From Atopobium sp. (GTDB lineage: Bacteria > Actinomycetota > Coriobacteriia > Coriobacteriales > Atopobiaceae), in contig JAGZWL010000001.1 in NCBI GenBank assembly GCA_018378955.1, positions 1 to 47,461 of the forward strand: a stretch of DNA of 47,461 bases, read 5' to 3'. Every line of letters begins with the position of its first letter. Position 1 is the stretch's first letter. Below are positions 35,745 to 44,302 of this stretch, one piece after another. The notes under the pieces were generated by a model, which saw only the letters and a program-made list of their open reading frames with translations, was not told the origin of the DNA and made no database searches. The position numbers and the translations under genes are program-made.

Positions 35745-36704
35745 CTACTGACGATCCTCAAGCGCAAACTCAATAAAGCGAGTGCAGAGCTCAGGGAAAT
35801 CAATGCCGCCGGTACGTGCAGAATCAGGCAGCAAAGAACGTGCGGTCATACCAGGAATGGTATTTGTCTCCAGCACCACTGGGACGCCGTCCTTCGTAAC
35901 AATAAAGTCACTACGAGAAACGCCGCGGCAGCCAAGTGCATTGTGAGCCTTAATTGCCAGCTCCTGGGCGCGTGCGTACACTGCAGGCTCAAGACGAGCT
36001 GGAATCACATGGTGAAGGGATGCTGGCTCATATTTTGTTTTAATGCTGTAGAACTCATCGCCGGTAACAATCTCAACGATTGGTAGAGCGGTTGGGTTCT
36101 CGTTGCCAATGACAGGAACGGTAATCTCCGTTCCCTCAATGCTCTCCTCGATTAGGATGCGCTCGCCCTGCTCACCCGCAAGTTCAAGTGCAGCGGGAAG
36201 CTCTTCTCGCGAAGTGACGCGTGTGACACCATAGCTGGAGCCGTTGCCAGAAGGCTTTACAAACATAGGGAGTCCGAGGTCCTCAATAAGCTTGTCTACC
36301 TGCTCATCTGTAAAGACGGTACCTGCAGGAACGTCAATTCCCTTAGGCGTTGGAACTCCTGCCTGCCTATACATAAGCTTTGACAGCTCTTTTTCGGTTC
36401 CCATAGCAGACGCAAGAACGCCAGAAAACGTGTAAGGAATGTGCAGAATCTCGAGAAGACCCTGGATGCAGCCATCCTCGCCAAAACGACCGTGCATAGC
36501 AACGTATACGACATCATAACCACCCTGAGCAAGGGTAACTACAAAGTCTTTTTCTGCAACATCAAGCAGGTCAACACTGGTAAAGCCAGCCTCTTTAAGT
36601 GCTGCTGCACACTGCTTGCCAGACTCCATGGCAATCTCGTGCTCGTCTGACCAACCGCCTGAAACAACTGCTACATGAAGCTTTTTGAGCTCTTCACGTG
36701 TCAT
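35745..36704 (-). CDS. ddl: D-alanine--D-alanine ligase
   Basis: GGWSDEH, HGRFGEDGCIQG, VKPSGNGSSYGV, FYSIKTKY, LETNTIPGMT; ATG 36704 after GAAGGAG. Confidence 0.95.
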   Translation of the reverse strand: MTREELKKLHVAVVSGGWSDEHEIAMESGKQCAAALKEAGFTSVDLLDVAEKDFVVTLAQGGYDVVYVAMHGRFGEDGCIQGLLEILHIPYTFSGVLASAMGTEKELSKLMYRQAGVPTPKGIDVPAGTVFTDEQVDKLIEDLGLPMFVKPSGNGSSYGVTRVTSREELPAALELAGEQGERILIEESIEGTEITVPVIGNENPTALPIVEIVTGDEFYSIKTKYEPASLHHVIPARLEPAVYARAQELAIKAHNALGCRGVSRSDFIVTKDGVPVVLETNTIPGMTARSLLPDSARTGGIDFPELCTRFIEFALEDRQ

Positions 36705-36803
36705 TTCCGCTCCTTCAGATAAGTCTCCCATAGGGTAAACTCTAGTAAACGTATTTCTTCTAAGATACCGCAGATAGCTTAGAAGAGTTGGAGAAGGACA
36801 AAA

Positions 36804-37922
36804 ATGCAATCAAATAATACTCTTGACGGCACAAACACCACGGCTGACGGCGCAGACCTCTCCGCGCTTGATTCTCGCCCACAGAAGGCTGCCGCCAAAT
36901 CTGACCTCAGAAGCCTCTCATCAGAGCAAATTCTTGAGCTTGTGACGTCCCTTGGCCAGCCAAAATTCCGTGCAAAGCAGATTGAGGAGTGGATCTGGTC
37001 TAAGGGCGCTACCTCTTTTGATCAGATGAGTAATCTTCCAAAAACGCTGCGAGAAGAACTATCTAAGCAGGTAACGCTTGCTGGTGCTGAGCAGATTGTT
37101 CGCCAGGTCTCTGAGGATGGAAGTCGTAAATACCTGCTTCGCTACCCAGATGGCACTTCTGTCGAGTGCGTTGGCATGCCAACTGGCAACAAGCTTTCGG
37201 TCTGCGCTTCTACACAGGCTGGCTGCGCCATGGGCTGTGCTTTCTGTGCAACAGGCGCTGCTGGTCTCACGCGTTCTCTTTCTGCAAGCGAGATTTACGA
37301 GCAGGTTATGCACGTCCGCGACGATTTTGACGCGCGCGTTACCAGCGTTGTTCTTATGGGCCAGGGCGAGCCCTTCATGAACTACGACGCTACTCTTGCG
37401 GCTATGAGACGTCTCAACTCCCCTGACGGGGCCGGCATTGGTGCGCGCCATATTACGGTTTCTACCTGTGGCGTTATTCCTATGATTAAACGTTTTGCCT
37501 CAGAGCCCGAGCAATTTACGCTTGCTGTTTCGCTTCACTCTGCGGTGCAAAAGACGCGAGACACCCTCATGCCAGGAGTTCGTAAATACTCACTGATTCA
37601 CCTGTACGACATTATGGGTGAGTATGTCGATAAGACCGGTCGTCGTCCAACGTATGAATATGCGCTGATCAAAGGCGTTAACGATTCCGACAATGAGCTT
37701 GGAGCTTTGAGAGACTTCTGTCGAGGAACGCTCTGCCACGTTAACATCATTCAGCTTAACGAGATTGAGGGTTCTAAGTTCCATCCAACATCCCCTGCCC
37801 GCGCACAGGAGTTTGTAAACAGCCTCAACTCTGTTGGCGTTGAAGCAACTATTCGTCTTTCTCGTGGATCTGACATTGATGCAGCTTGCGGACAGCTCTT
37901 CCAGAAGAGAAACGCACGTTAA
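36804..37922 (+). CDS. rlmN: 23S rRNA/tRNA m2A radical-SAM methyltransferase
   Basis: STQAGCAMGCAFC, MGQGEP, LAVSLHS, EYALIKGVND, DIDAACGQL. Confidence 0.95.
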   Translation: MQSNNTLDGTNTTADGADLSALDSRPQKAAAKSDLRSLSSEQILELVTSLGQPKFRAKQIEEWIWSKGATSFDQMSNLPKTLREELSKQVTLAGAEQIVRQVSEDGSRKYLLRYPDGTSVECVGMPTGNKLSVCASTQAGCAMGCAFCATGAAGLTRSLSASEIYEQVMHVRDDFDARVTSVVLMGQGEPFMNYDATLAAMRRLNSPDGAGIGARHITVSTCGVIPMIKRFASEPEQFTLAVSLHSAVQKTRDTLMPGVRKYSLIHLYDIMGEYVDKTGRRPTYEYALIKGVNDSDNELGALRDFCRGTLCHVNIIQLNEIEGSKFHPTSPARAQEFVNSLNSVGVEATIRLSRGSDIDAACGQLFQKRNAR

Positions 37923-37949
37923 GGGCAGCATACCCTACACACTACAGGT

Positions 37950-37982
37950 AAAGAAGGGACCCTCTCGAGTTCCTTCTTTTTT
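37950..37982. terminator. Terminator between convergent rlmN and the par operon
   Basis: AAAGAAGGGAC...GTTCCTTCTTTTTT. Confidence 0.75.
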
Positions 37983-38005
37983 AGTTCATATGTAGAACAT
38001 TTGTT

Positions 38006-38245
38006 CTAGTTAATTGCTTTGAGCCATTCTTTATCTACTCTCGCTTGATGAGAGACAATGTTTTTTGAAGTTTTTCTATCAATACCACCTGAATAATCGT
38101 CGAGAATTGCATCAAGTGCCCTTCTCGACCTTCTCATTGCGTGGAAAAAACTTCTTTGTGCTTCTTTAGTCAACAAGGTGTGCTTAGCGAGAAAAGCTAT
38201 TCCAATCAATGAAACTGTGGATATAATTGCAAATTTTATCTTCAT
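38006..38245 (-). CDS. Small hypothetical protein with an N-terminal hydrophobic anchor, coupled to parB
   Basis: TAATG stop/start overlap with parB; KIK followed by a hydrophobic stretch. Confidence 0.65.
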   Translation of the reverse strand: MKIKFAIISTVSLIGIAFLAKHTLLTKEAQRSFFHAMRRSRRALDAILDDYSGGIDRKTSKNIVSHQARVDKEWLKAIN

Positions 38246-39105
38246 TATGCTTCTTTACCGTTTGATAGTTTTTCAACTAAAGCAGCAAGCTCTTCTTCAT
38301 CATTGAATTCGATTTCAATTTTATTCTTGCCACGAATATTTCGCACTTTGACTGGAGTATCCAAAGCAATTCTTAATTGCCTTGCCGCACGCTTATATGC
38401 CTGTGGAGTTGGTTGTCTTTTTGGTTTCTCTACATTAGTGACAGAAAATAGTGGAGCAAGGTTTTCTGTCTGGCGGACAGACAAGTTTTCTTCAATTACT
38501 TTCTGAGCAAGTTTAATTCTTCCTTCTTTACCACTAACGGAAAGAATTGCACGAGCGTGTCCTGCACTAATACGTCCTTCTACCATCAAAGTCTGTACCT
38601 CTGTTGGAAGGTCAAGAAGGCGTAGGGTATTTGTGATTGCAGATCTTGATTTTGAGAGGACCTTGGCCAAATCGTCTTGGGTTAAGTTTTCCTGTTTAAT
38701 GAGCTGCTTATAACCTTGTGCTTCTTCGATTGGGCTTAAGTCAGATCTCTGCAAATTCTCGATAAGAGCAAGCTTGAATACTTCCTCGTCAGAAATTGCT
38801 TTGATTACAACAGGTACTTCCTCTAATTTTGCAAGTTTCGCAGCCTGAAAACGTCTCTCACCAGCAACAATTTCGTAGTGGTCGCCCTTCTCGCGAACAA
38901 GAAGTGGCTGAAGAATACCGTTTTGCTTAATAGAATCACTGAGTTCAGTGAGCTCAGCTTCGTCAAAACGCTTGCGAGGCTGGTCTTTGTTTGGCTTAAT
39001 CTTCTTTAAGGGCAGTGTAGTGGTTTCTTTTTTATTGCCGACCTCTGCATCCACCTCGCTAAAGAGCGAATTAAGGCCTTTGCCAAGTCCTGATTTTTTA
39101 ACCAC
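38245..39105 (-). CDS. parB: Chromosome partitioning protein ParB
   Basis: GLGKGL, QPRKRF, GILQP, AGERR, ENLQRSDL, HTH KSRSAITN, GHARA. Confidence 0.97.
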   Translation of the reverse strand: MVKKSGLGKGLNSLFSEVDAEVGNKKETTTLPLKKIKPNKDQPRKRFDEAELTELSDSIKQNGILQPLLVREKGDHYEIVAGERRFQAAKLAKLEEVPVVIKAISDEEVFKLALIENLQRSDLSPIEEAQGYKQLIKQENLTQDDLAKVLSKSRSAITNTLRLLDLPTEVQTLMVEGRISAGHARAILSVSGKEGRIKLAQKVIEENLSVRQTENLAPLFSVTNVEKPKRQPTPQAYKRAARQLRIALDTPVKVRNIRGKNKIEIEFNDEEELAALVEKLSNGKEA

Positions 39106-39898
39106 GACGATTCACTTCCTTTGCAAGTTTGTTATATGCAAGTGCGCCCATGCTTATTCGTGCGTACATGGTTACTGGCAAACCATGACTTGGTGCCTCA
39201 GCAATTTTGACGTTTCTTGGAATAAGTGTCTTGAATACCTTGTTACCAAAGTAATTAGATACTTCATTGACTACCTGCTTAGATAGGGAAGTTCTACTAT
39301 CAAACATGGTCATTACTACGCCAAAGATTTCAAGATCTGGATTAAGCTGTTTTTGCACCATCTTCATTGATTCAACAATTTTAGTAACGCCTTCTAGTGC
39401 ATAATACTCGCACTGAATTGGGATAAGTATGCTATTTGCTGCAACTAAGGCGTTAATTGTTAGAAGCCCTAATGATGGTGGGCAATCAATCAAAATATAG
39501 TCAAAATACTCTTTAACCTGGTCGATTACTCTTTTTAAAATATTTTCTCTTGATTCAACGGAGACAAGTTCAATTTCAGCACCGGCAAGTTGAATAGTTG
39601 CTGGTGCAATAGTTACGTATTTCTGAACTGTTTGCTGCAATACCTCTTCGATTGGCGTTTCATTGAGAATTACGTCATAAATATCAGCTTCAAGTTCCTC
39701 TTTATCAATTCCAAAACCACTTGTCGCATTTCCTTGTGGATCGAAATCAATAATGAGAACTTTCTTCTTTGTTTCACCTAATGCGGCGGCAAGATTAATT
39801 ACGGTAGTTGATTTTCCAACTCCGCCTTTTTGATTAATTACTGCCAGAACTTTAGGATCTCTATCCTGAAATCCCCTCAAAAGGTCTTTGTAGCTCAT
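39098..39898 (-). CDS. parA: ParA/Soj ATPase
   Basis: NQKGGVGKST, DFDPQGNAT, IDCPPSLG, QCEYYALEG, AEAPSHG. Confidence 0.97.
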   Translation of the reverse strand: MSYKDLLRGFQDRDPKVLAVINQKGGVGKSTTVINLAAALGETKKKVLIIDFDPQGNATSGFGIDKEELEADIYDVILNETPIEEVLQQTVQKYVTIAPATIQLAGAEIELVSVESRENILKRVIDQVKEYFDYILIDCPPSLGLLTINALVAANSILIPIQCEYYALEGVTKIVESMKMVQKQLNPDLEIFGVVMTMFDSRTSLSKQVVNEVSNYFGNKVFKTLIPRNVKIAEAPSHGLPVTMYARISMGALAYNKLAKEVNRRG

Positions 39899-39937
39899 TT
39901 ATCCTCCGTTTGACCAAGTTTATTTAATAATACAGAA

Positions 39938-39953
39938 TGTTTCACGTGAAACA
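39938..39953. promoter_or_regulatory. parS site
   Basis: Perfect TGTTTCACGTGAAACA between rsmG and parA (palindrome extends 39935-39956). Confidence 0.95.
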
Positions 39954-39961
39954 TTCCACAA

Positions 39962-40720
39962 TTACCCTCTTCTTGCAACAAACGGATTTGATTTAGCCAT
40001 TCCAGTTTTTCTTGGTAATTTGACTTTGCTCTTTGCAACTTTTTTGTATAAAAGAATTTCTCGATGGCCAAGATTGTTTGGTAAGTCAAATGTTTCACGT
40101 GAAACATTTTTATACCCAAAAATTTTGGCTGCCTGAGAGGCGTCCTGCAGCTCTATCTCATCAACATTGGCCTTCATTACTATAAGAGTGCCCTGTGGGG
40201 CTAAGAAAGGCTCTGCGTACTCCAAAAGAATATTTGCCTTCGCAACAGCTCTAAATGTTACAAAATCAAACTTCTGTTTATAAGCATTTGGAATTTCTTC
40301 TGCACGAAGCTTCTCAGCCCTAACTCTCTCATTTAGACCAATCTCATCAATCATTGACTGAACCGCATTGATCTTTTTTCCAATAGAGTCAACCAATAGT
40401 GTTTTATTGTCACTCATGATTGCAAGAGGCAGTCCAGGAAAGCCGCCACCGGTACCAATATCAATATAGTTGTGAGTACCAGATAAAAACTCGTTACACA
40501 CTTTGAGTGGTAACAAAGAATCAAGAATATGGAGCACTAGCGCGTCATCAACCGAAGTAATTCTTGTAAGGTTCAGATTCTTATTTATCTCAATTAGTAG
40601 TTCAATATGTTTCAGAAGCTGTCTTCTTAGGTGCTCTGTTGAATCGATTCCATAGGTAAGGAGAAGTTCCTTAAGTACATTCTCTTTTGAATCGAATAAC
40701 GACTTCTCTGATTCAGACAT
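39962..40720 (-). CDS. rsmG: 16S rRNA m7G527 methyltransferase
   Basis: NLTRI, HILDSL, DIGTGGGFPGLPLAI, RAEE, RAVA; ATG 40720 after AGGAG. Confidence 0.95.
   Translation of the reverse strand: MSESEKSLFDSKENVLKELLLTYGIDSTEHLRRQLLKHIELLIEINKNLNLTRITSVDDALVLHILDSLLPLKVCNEFLSGTHNYIDIGTGGGFPGLPLAIMSDNKTLLVDSIGKKINAVQSMIDEIGLNERVRAEKLRAEEIPNAYKQKFDFVTFRAVAKANILLEYAEPFLAPQGTLIVMKANVDEIELQDASQAAKIFGYKNVSRETFDLPNNLGHREILLYKKVAKSKVKLPRKTGMAKSNPFVARRG
40091..40106. promoter_or_regulatory. parS site inside rsmG
   Basis: Perfect TGTTTCACGTGAAACA (encodes ..VSRET.. in RsmG). Confidence 0.93.
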
Positions 40721-40766
40721 TGCTTCTCCTGTGACAAAACTTCTTGTAACAAGAAGAATTGTCACA

Positions 40767-40794
40767 AAAAAAGAGGAAGGCGTAAACCTTCCTC
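40767..40794 (-). terminator. Terminator after jag
   Basis: GAGGAAGG-CGTAAA-CCTTCCTC with an A run on the left. Confidence 0.78.
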
Positions 40795-40823
40795 ATCAAA
40801 TTAGTAAAGCTTGTTGAAAATTC

Positions 40824-41408
40824 TTAGCCGTTAATAGCTGTAACAACAACGCGGCGGTATGGATCATCGCCCTCAGAGTGTGTTGTAACTTCAAGATTAT
40901 CTCGAAGTGCGATGTGAATGATACGGCGCTCATAACCACTCATTGGAGCAAGAGAAACCTTACCAGTCTTCTTAGCACGAGAAGCAGCAGAGAGTGCCAT
41001 CTCCTGAAGCTTATTGCGACGACGGCTCTTATAGCTTTCAACATCAACAGATACTGGATAGTGGAAGTGAAGCTTAGCGCTCATCAAAGACGAAAGAACC
41101 ATCTGAAGAGCCTCAAGCGTATTGCCGTGACGACCAATAAGAATTGCAAGATCTCCACCGGTTACGTCAAGAATGAGCTCACCGTCTTCTCCATCGTACT
41201 CATCAATTGCACAGCTATTCTCGCCAAAGAACGAGAGGAGCTCTCTTAGATAGAAGACAGCAGTATCAGCAATCTTATTCATCTCAGCATCAGTAAGCTG
41301 AATTCCAGCTTCAAAGTGCTCTCGAATTGAAGCAAACTCGTCTTGTGAATCAACGACAGGAGACTCATTAAGAGCGTTTGGCTCAGAAACGAAAGTCTCA
41401 TCCTCCAT
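40824..41408 (-). CDS. jag: Jag/KhpB/EloR RNA-binding protein (KH + R3H)
   Basis: LIGRHGNTLEALQ (KH), ERRIIH (R3H), SEG.DPYRRVVV; conserved position after yidC. Confidence 0.92.
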   Translation of the reverse strand: MEDETFVSEPNALNESPVVDSQDEFASIREHFEAGIQLTDAEMNKIADTAVFYLRELLSFFGENSCAIDEYDGEDGELILDVTGGDLAILIGRHGNTLEALQMVLSSLMSAKLHFHYPVSVDVESYKSRRRNKLQEMALSAASRAKKTGKVSLAPMSGYERRIIHIALRDNLEVTTHSEGDDPYRRVVVTAING

Positions 41409-41496
41409 GTCGTCCTCCAGTCAATATAAAAAGTTTAACTATTAATCTACTGTAACAAATTCTGTAAACAAAAGTTATTTTGTTTAACCCCAGCTC

Positions 41497-42255
41497 TTAG
41501 GCCTTTTTGTGAGGGCGTGGCTTCTTTTCTTTTCTCACCACGTCTACCTCGATTGGCTTATTAGCCATCTGAGCCTGTGCCTTGAGCTTCTCTTTTTCCA
41601 TAATACGCTTGGTAATAAGCTGCTGCTGAGCAAGCTGCCAAATACCAGAAGTTACGTAGTAGAGAAGAACAGCTGCTGGCACAGTCCAACCAAACCAGAG
41701 CATCATGAGGGTCATCATGCCGCCCATCATGTACTGCTGGGTACGCTGCTCACCGGAGCTTGTACGAGCGTTTACTGCCATGGAAAGGAAAGTAGTAAGG
41801 CCAAACAGAAGAACAAAAATCATGTAAGGGATAGCGGTAACAAAGCCATCAACAGCAAAGATGTCGGATGTTGCACGCGCAATAGAAGGAAGAATGTTGT
41901 AGAAGCGGGAGTCTACTGGAACCATCTTTGCAACGGTAAAGAGTGCAATAAAGATAGGGGACTGTAAAAGCAGTGGTAGACAACCACCAAGAGGATTGAA
42001 GTTGATTTCAGCGTAAAGTTTACGCATCTCTTCATTCTGCCTTACAGGATCATCGGCATAGCGCTCCTGGATTTCTTTGAGCTTAGGCTGAACAACACTC
42101 ATACGAGCCATAGAGGCCGTCTGCTTGTTGGTCATTGGAACCAGGATAATACGGATGATGATGGTAAGCAGGATAACTGCCATACCCCAGTCTCCCGAGA
42201 ATGATTGAAGTCCCGCTAAGACTGTGTATAGAAAGTTAACAATCCAATCCCACAT
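41497..42255 (-). CDS. yidC: Membrane protein insertase YidC
   Basis: WGMAVILLTIIIR, QPKLKEIQERY, NPLGGCLPLLLQ.PIF, LYY. Confidence 0.95.
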   Translation of the reverse strand: MWDWIVNFLYTVLAGLQSFSGDWGMAVILLTIIIRIILVPMTNKQTASMARMSVVQPKLKEIQERYADDPVRQNEEMRKLYAEINFNPLGGCLPLLLQSPIFIALFTVAKMVPVDSRFYNILPSIARATSDIFAVDGFVTAIPYMIFVLLFGLTTFLSMAVNARTSSGEQRTQQYMMGGMMTLMMLWFGWTVPAAVLLYYVTSGIWQLAQQQLITKRIMEKEKLKAQAQMANKPIEVDVVRKEKKPRPHKKA

Positions 42256-42275
42256 ATTTCCTCCGGTGCGTTCCT

Positions 42276-42512
42276 TTACGGAACGGGATCGTATCCTCCC
42301 TTATGAAAAGGGTGACAGCGAGCAATACGCTTAAGAGCAAGCCAACTTCCCTTTTTAACACCATACTTTTGTATGGCCTGAACTGCATATTCGGAGCAAG
42401 TGGGCCGATAAATACAGTGAGGCTTAAAAAGGGGAGAAATGTTTCTTTGATAGAAACGAATAGCACCCAGGAACAAGTTTGCGAGAAAAGATTTTTGTCT
42501 TTTCTCGCTCAT
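42276..42512 (-). CDS. yidD: Membrane protein insertion efficiency factor
   Basis: [32 protein letters not shown]. Confidence 0.95.
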   Translation of the reverse strand: MSEKRQKSFLANLFLGAIRFYQRNISPLFKPHCIYRPTCSEYAVQAIQKYGVKKGSWLALKRIARCHPFHKGGYDPVP

Positions 42513-42832
42513 TTGACCCCTGTCTTTCTTAACAAAGCATCCAAAGAAACGCTTATATCAGCAGGATTAGTGCTGTGTGTATCTTTAGTCGCAAAGAGAA
42601 TAATGCCGTATCCCTCAACAGGTAAACCGCTCTTTCGAGCTGCTTCGCGTAAAACGCGTTTACACCTGTTTCTAAATACGGCGTTACCTAGTCTTTTTGG
42701 AGCTACAAAGGCTACCTCGGAAGGATGTGCCTCAGTGGATGGTGCTACTCGTATACGAAGAACAGAACTTTGAGCCCTCTTCCCCGCGGAGAAGACCCTT
42801 TCAAACTCTGAACGAGATTTAATGGTCTTCAC
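42509..42832 (-). CDS. rnpA: RNase P protein component
   Basis: [18 protein letters not shown] (RNR motif); between rpmH and yidD. Confidence 0.93.
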   Translation of the reverse strand: MKTIKSRSEFERVFSAGKRAQSSVLRIRVAPSTEAHPSEVAFVAPKRLGNAVFRNRCKRVLREAARKSGLPVEGYGIILFATKDTHSTNPADISVSLDALLRKTGVK

Positions 42833-42843
42833 AGAAACATTCC

Positions 42844-42978
42844 TTAGACAGTGAGGCGCTTACGGCCCTTAAGGCGACGACGAGCGAGAACGGCACGACC
42901 ATTCTTAGTTGCCATACGTGCACGGAAACCGTGGGTAGTTGCGCGCTTGCGCTTATTTGGCTGGTAGGTACGCTTCAT
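42844..42978 (-). CDS. rpmH: 50S ribosomal protein L34
   Basis: Translated by hand: [52 protein letters not shown]. Confidence 0.97.
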   Translation of the reverse strand: MKRTYQPNKRKRATTHGFRARMATKNGRAVLARRRLKGRKRLTV

Positions 42979-43340
42979 AGCTATTTCCTCCCGAACGGGT
43001 ACAGTATCGATTAAAAAGCCTACAGATTGTACTCGCGTTTATGGGTACCTGTCAAATTTTCTACGCAAATACCTCAACTTTTTCTCTTTTTTATTCAAAA
43101 GCCTAGCGAGAAAACCTTTCATTTTGAAAATTTCACTTGTGATACATGAAGAAATTTGTTGAAAGGAATATTTCTGTAAGCTGAAATATGTCCGGTAAAT
43201 GCTACTATCATTCAGTACGTCTTTCACAAAGATACAAAGTTATCTACAGATGTTTAACACTTGTTGAAAACTTTCATTCACTGTGAAAGGAAACGAAAAG
43301 TTTTCTTCATTTGTTTAACAATTGTTGAAAAGGAGGTGTC

Positions 43341-44219
43341 ATGGCAAGAGATTTCTTTCCTTTTGTTGAGGAAAACACCAACCAGGATGAAAAAGATGCT
43401 GGTTCTGATAACTCTCTCACCGTCCGCTATGCTGCACGTATTGCAGTGTATGACGATAAAGCCGCAGCACCTCGCGTTGTTCTTGTAGAACCTAAAGATG
43501 CTCGTTCTTATCTTGACGAGATTGCAGCAACCGTTAACCAGCTTGCTCACGAGCAGGGTGGAAAAATTCCTTTTATGGTTATGCGCGAGATTGTGGAGAA
43601 TTTCATTCATGCTCGCTTTGTAGCACCCACAATCTCAATTATGGACAACGGAAATACCATTAGGTTTTCAGATCAAGGACCTGGTATTAAAGAAAAAAAC
43701 CGAGCTCTTGAGTTTGGTACCTCTTCTGCAACGGAAGAAATGAAATCGTTTATTAGAGGCGTTGGTTTTGGTCTTCCTTATGCTCAGCAATATATGGTTG
43801 AGAAGGGTGGAAGCCTTACCCTTGAAGACAATATCTCTGGCGGAACAATTGTTACCTTGTCAACACGCCGCTCTAAAGATGCTCATATTCAGACACTTCC
43901 AACTCAAGAAGAAGCTGAAGAATTGCCTGTTAATCAAAATCAGCAGGCAATTTCACATGCCCCACAAGCAGTATCTCAACAGGTATCTGCACAACCAGCT
44001 GCACAACTTCCTAATCTGGTGTTAACAGATCGAGCAAAACAAGTTCTTCAATATCTCTCTGAACATGAATGGGTTGGAGCAACAGAACTCACTAGTGCCT
44101 TTGGCCTTTCTACACCAACCTGGTCAAGAGAATTAAAATCGCTGGTAAACATAGGAATAATTGGAAAAGTTGGGCAAAAATATAAGCTTACTACTATTGG
44201 AGAAACCCTCCTTTCATAG
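43341..44219 (+). CDS. GHKL/HATPase-fold ATP-binding protein with a C-terminal winged HTH
   Basis: REIVENFIHA (N box), DQGPGI (G1), GVGFGL (G2), GGTIVTL (G3); Q/A/P linker; LTDRAKQVL...ELTSAFGLS.PTWSRELKSL..GII...Y.LT (wHTH); AGGAGG RBS. Confidence 0.82.
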   Translation: MARDFFPFVEENTNQDEKDAGSDNSLTVRYAARIAVYDDKAAAPRVVLVEPKDARSYLDEIAATVNQLAHEQGGKIPFMVMREIVENFIHARFVAPTISIMDNGNTIRFSDQGPGIKEKNRALEFGTSSATEEMKSFIRGVGFGLPYAQQYMVEKGGSLTLEDNISGGTIVTLSTRRSKDAHIQTLPTQEEAEELPVNQNQQAISHAPQAVSQQVSAQPAAQLPNLVLTDRAKQVLQYLSEHEWVGATELTSAFGLSTPTWSRELKSLVNIGIIGKVGQKYKLTTIGETLLS

Positions 44220-44302
44220 AGTTTCTCAACATTATTCGCTGAAAGTTATCAACATTCCTCTATACTAGGTGTCCCAATTTTCAACATTTTGATTGGACAC
44301 GT

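Noticed and set aside
35745..36704. Ddl as a D-Ala-D-Lac (vancomycin-resistance) ligase
   Set aside because: The omega loop ends in KY (Tyr retained) and no van genes are nearby.
43189..43211. PafBC-like promoter TGTCCG...TATCAT upstream of the GHKL-wHTH gene
   Set aside because: The hexamer is mismatched and the spacer is 11 rather than 10 bp.
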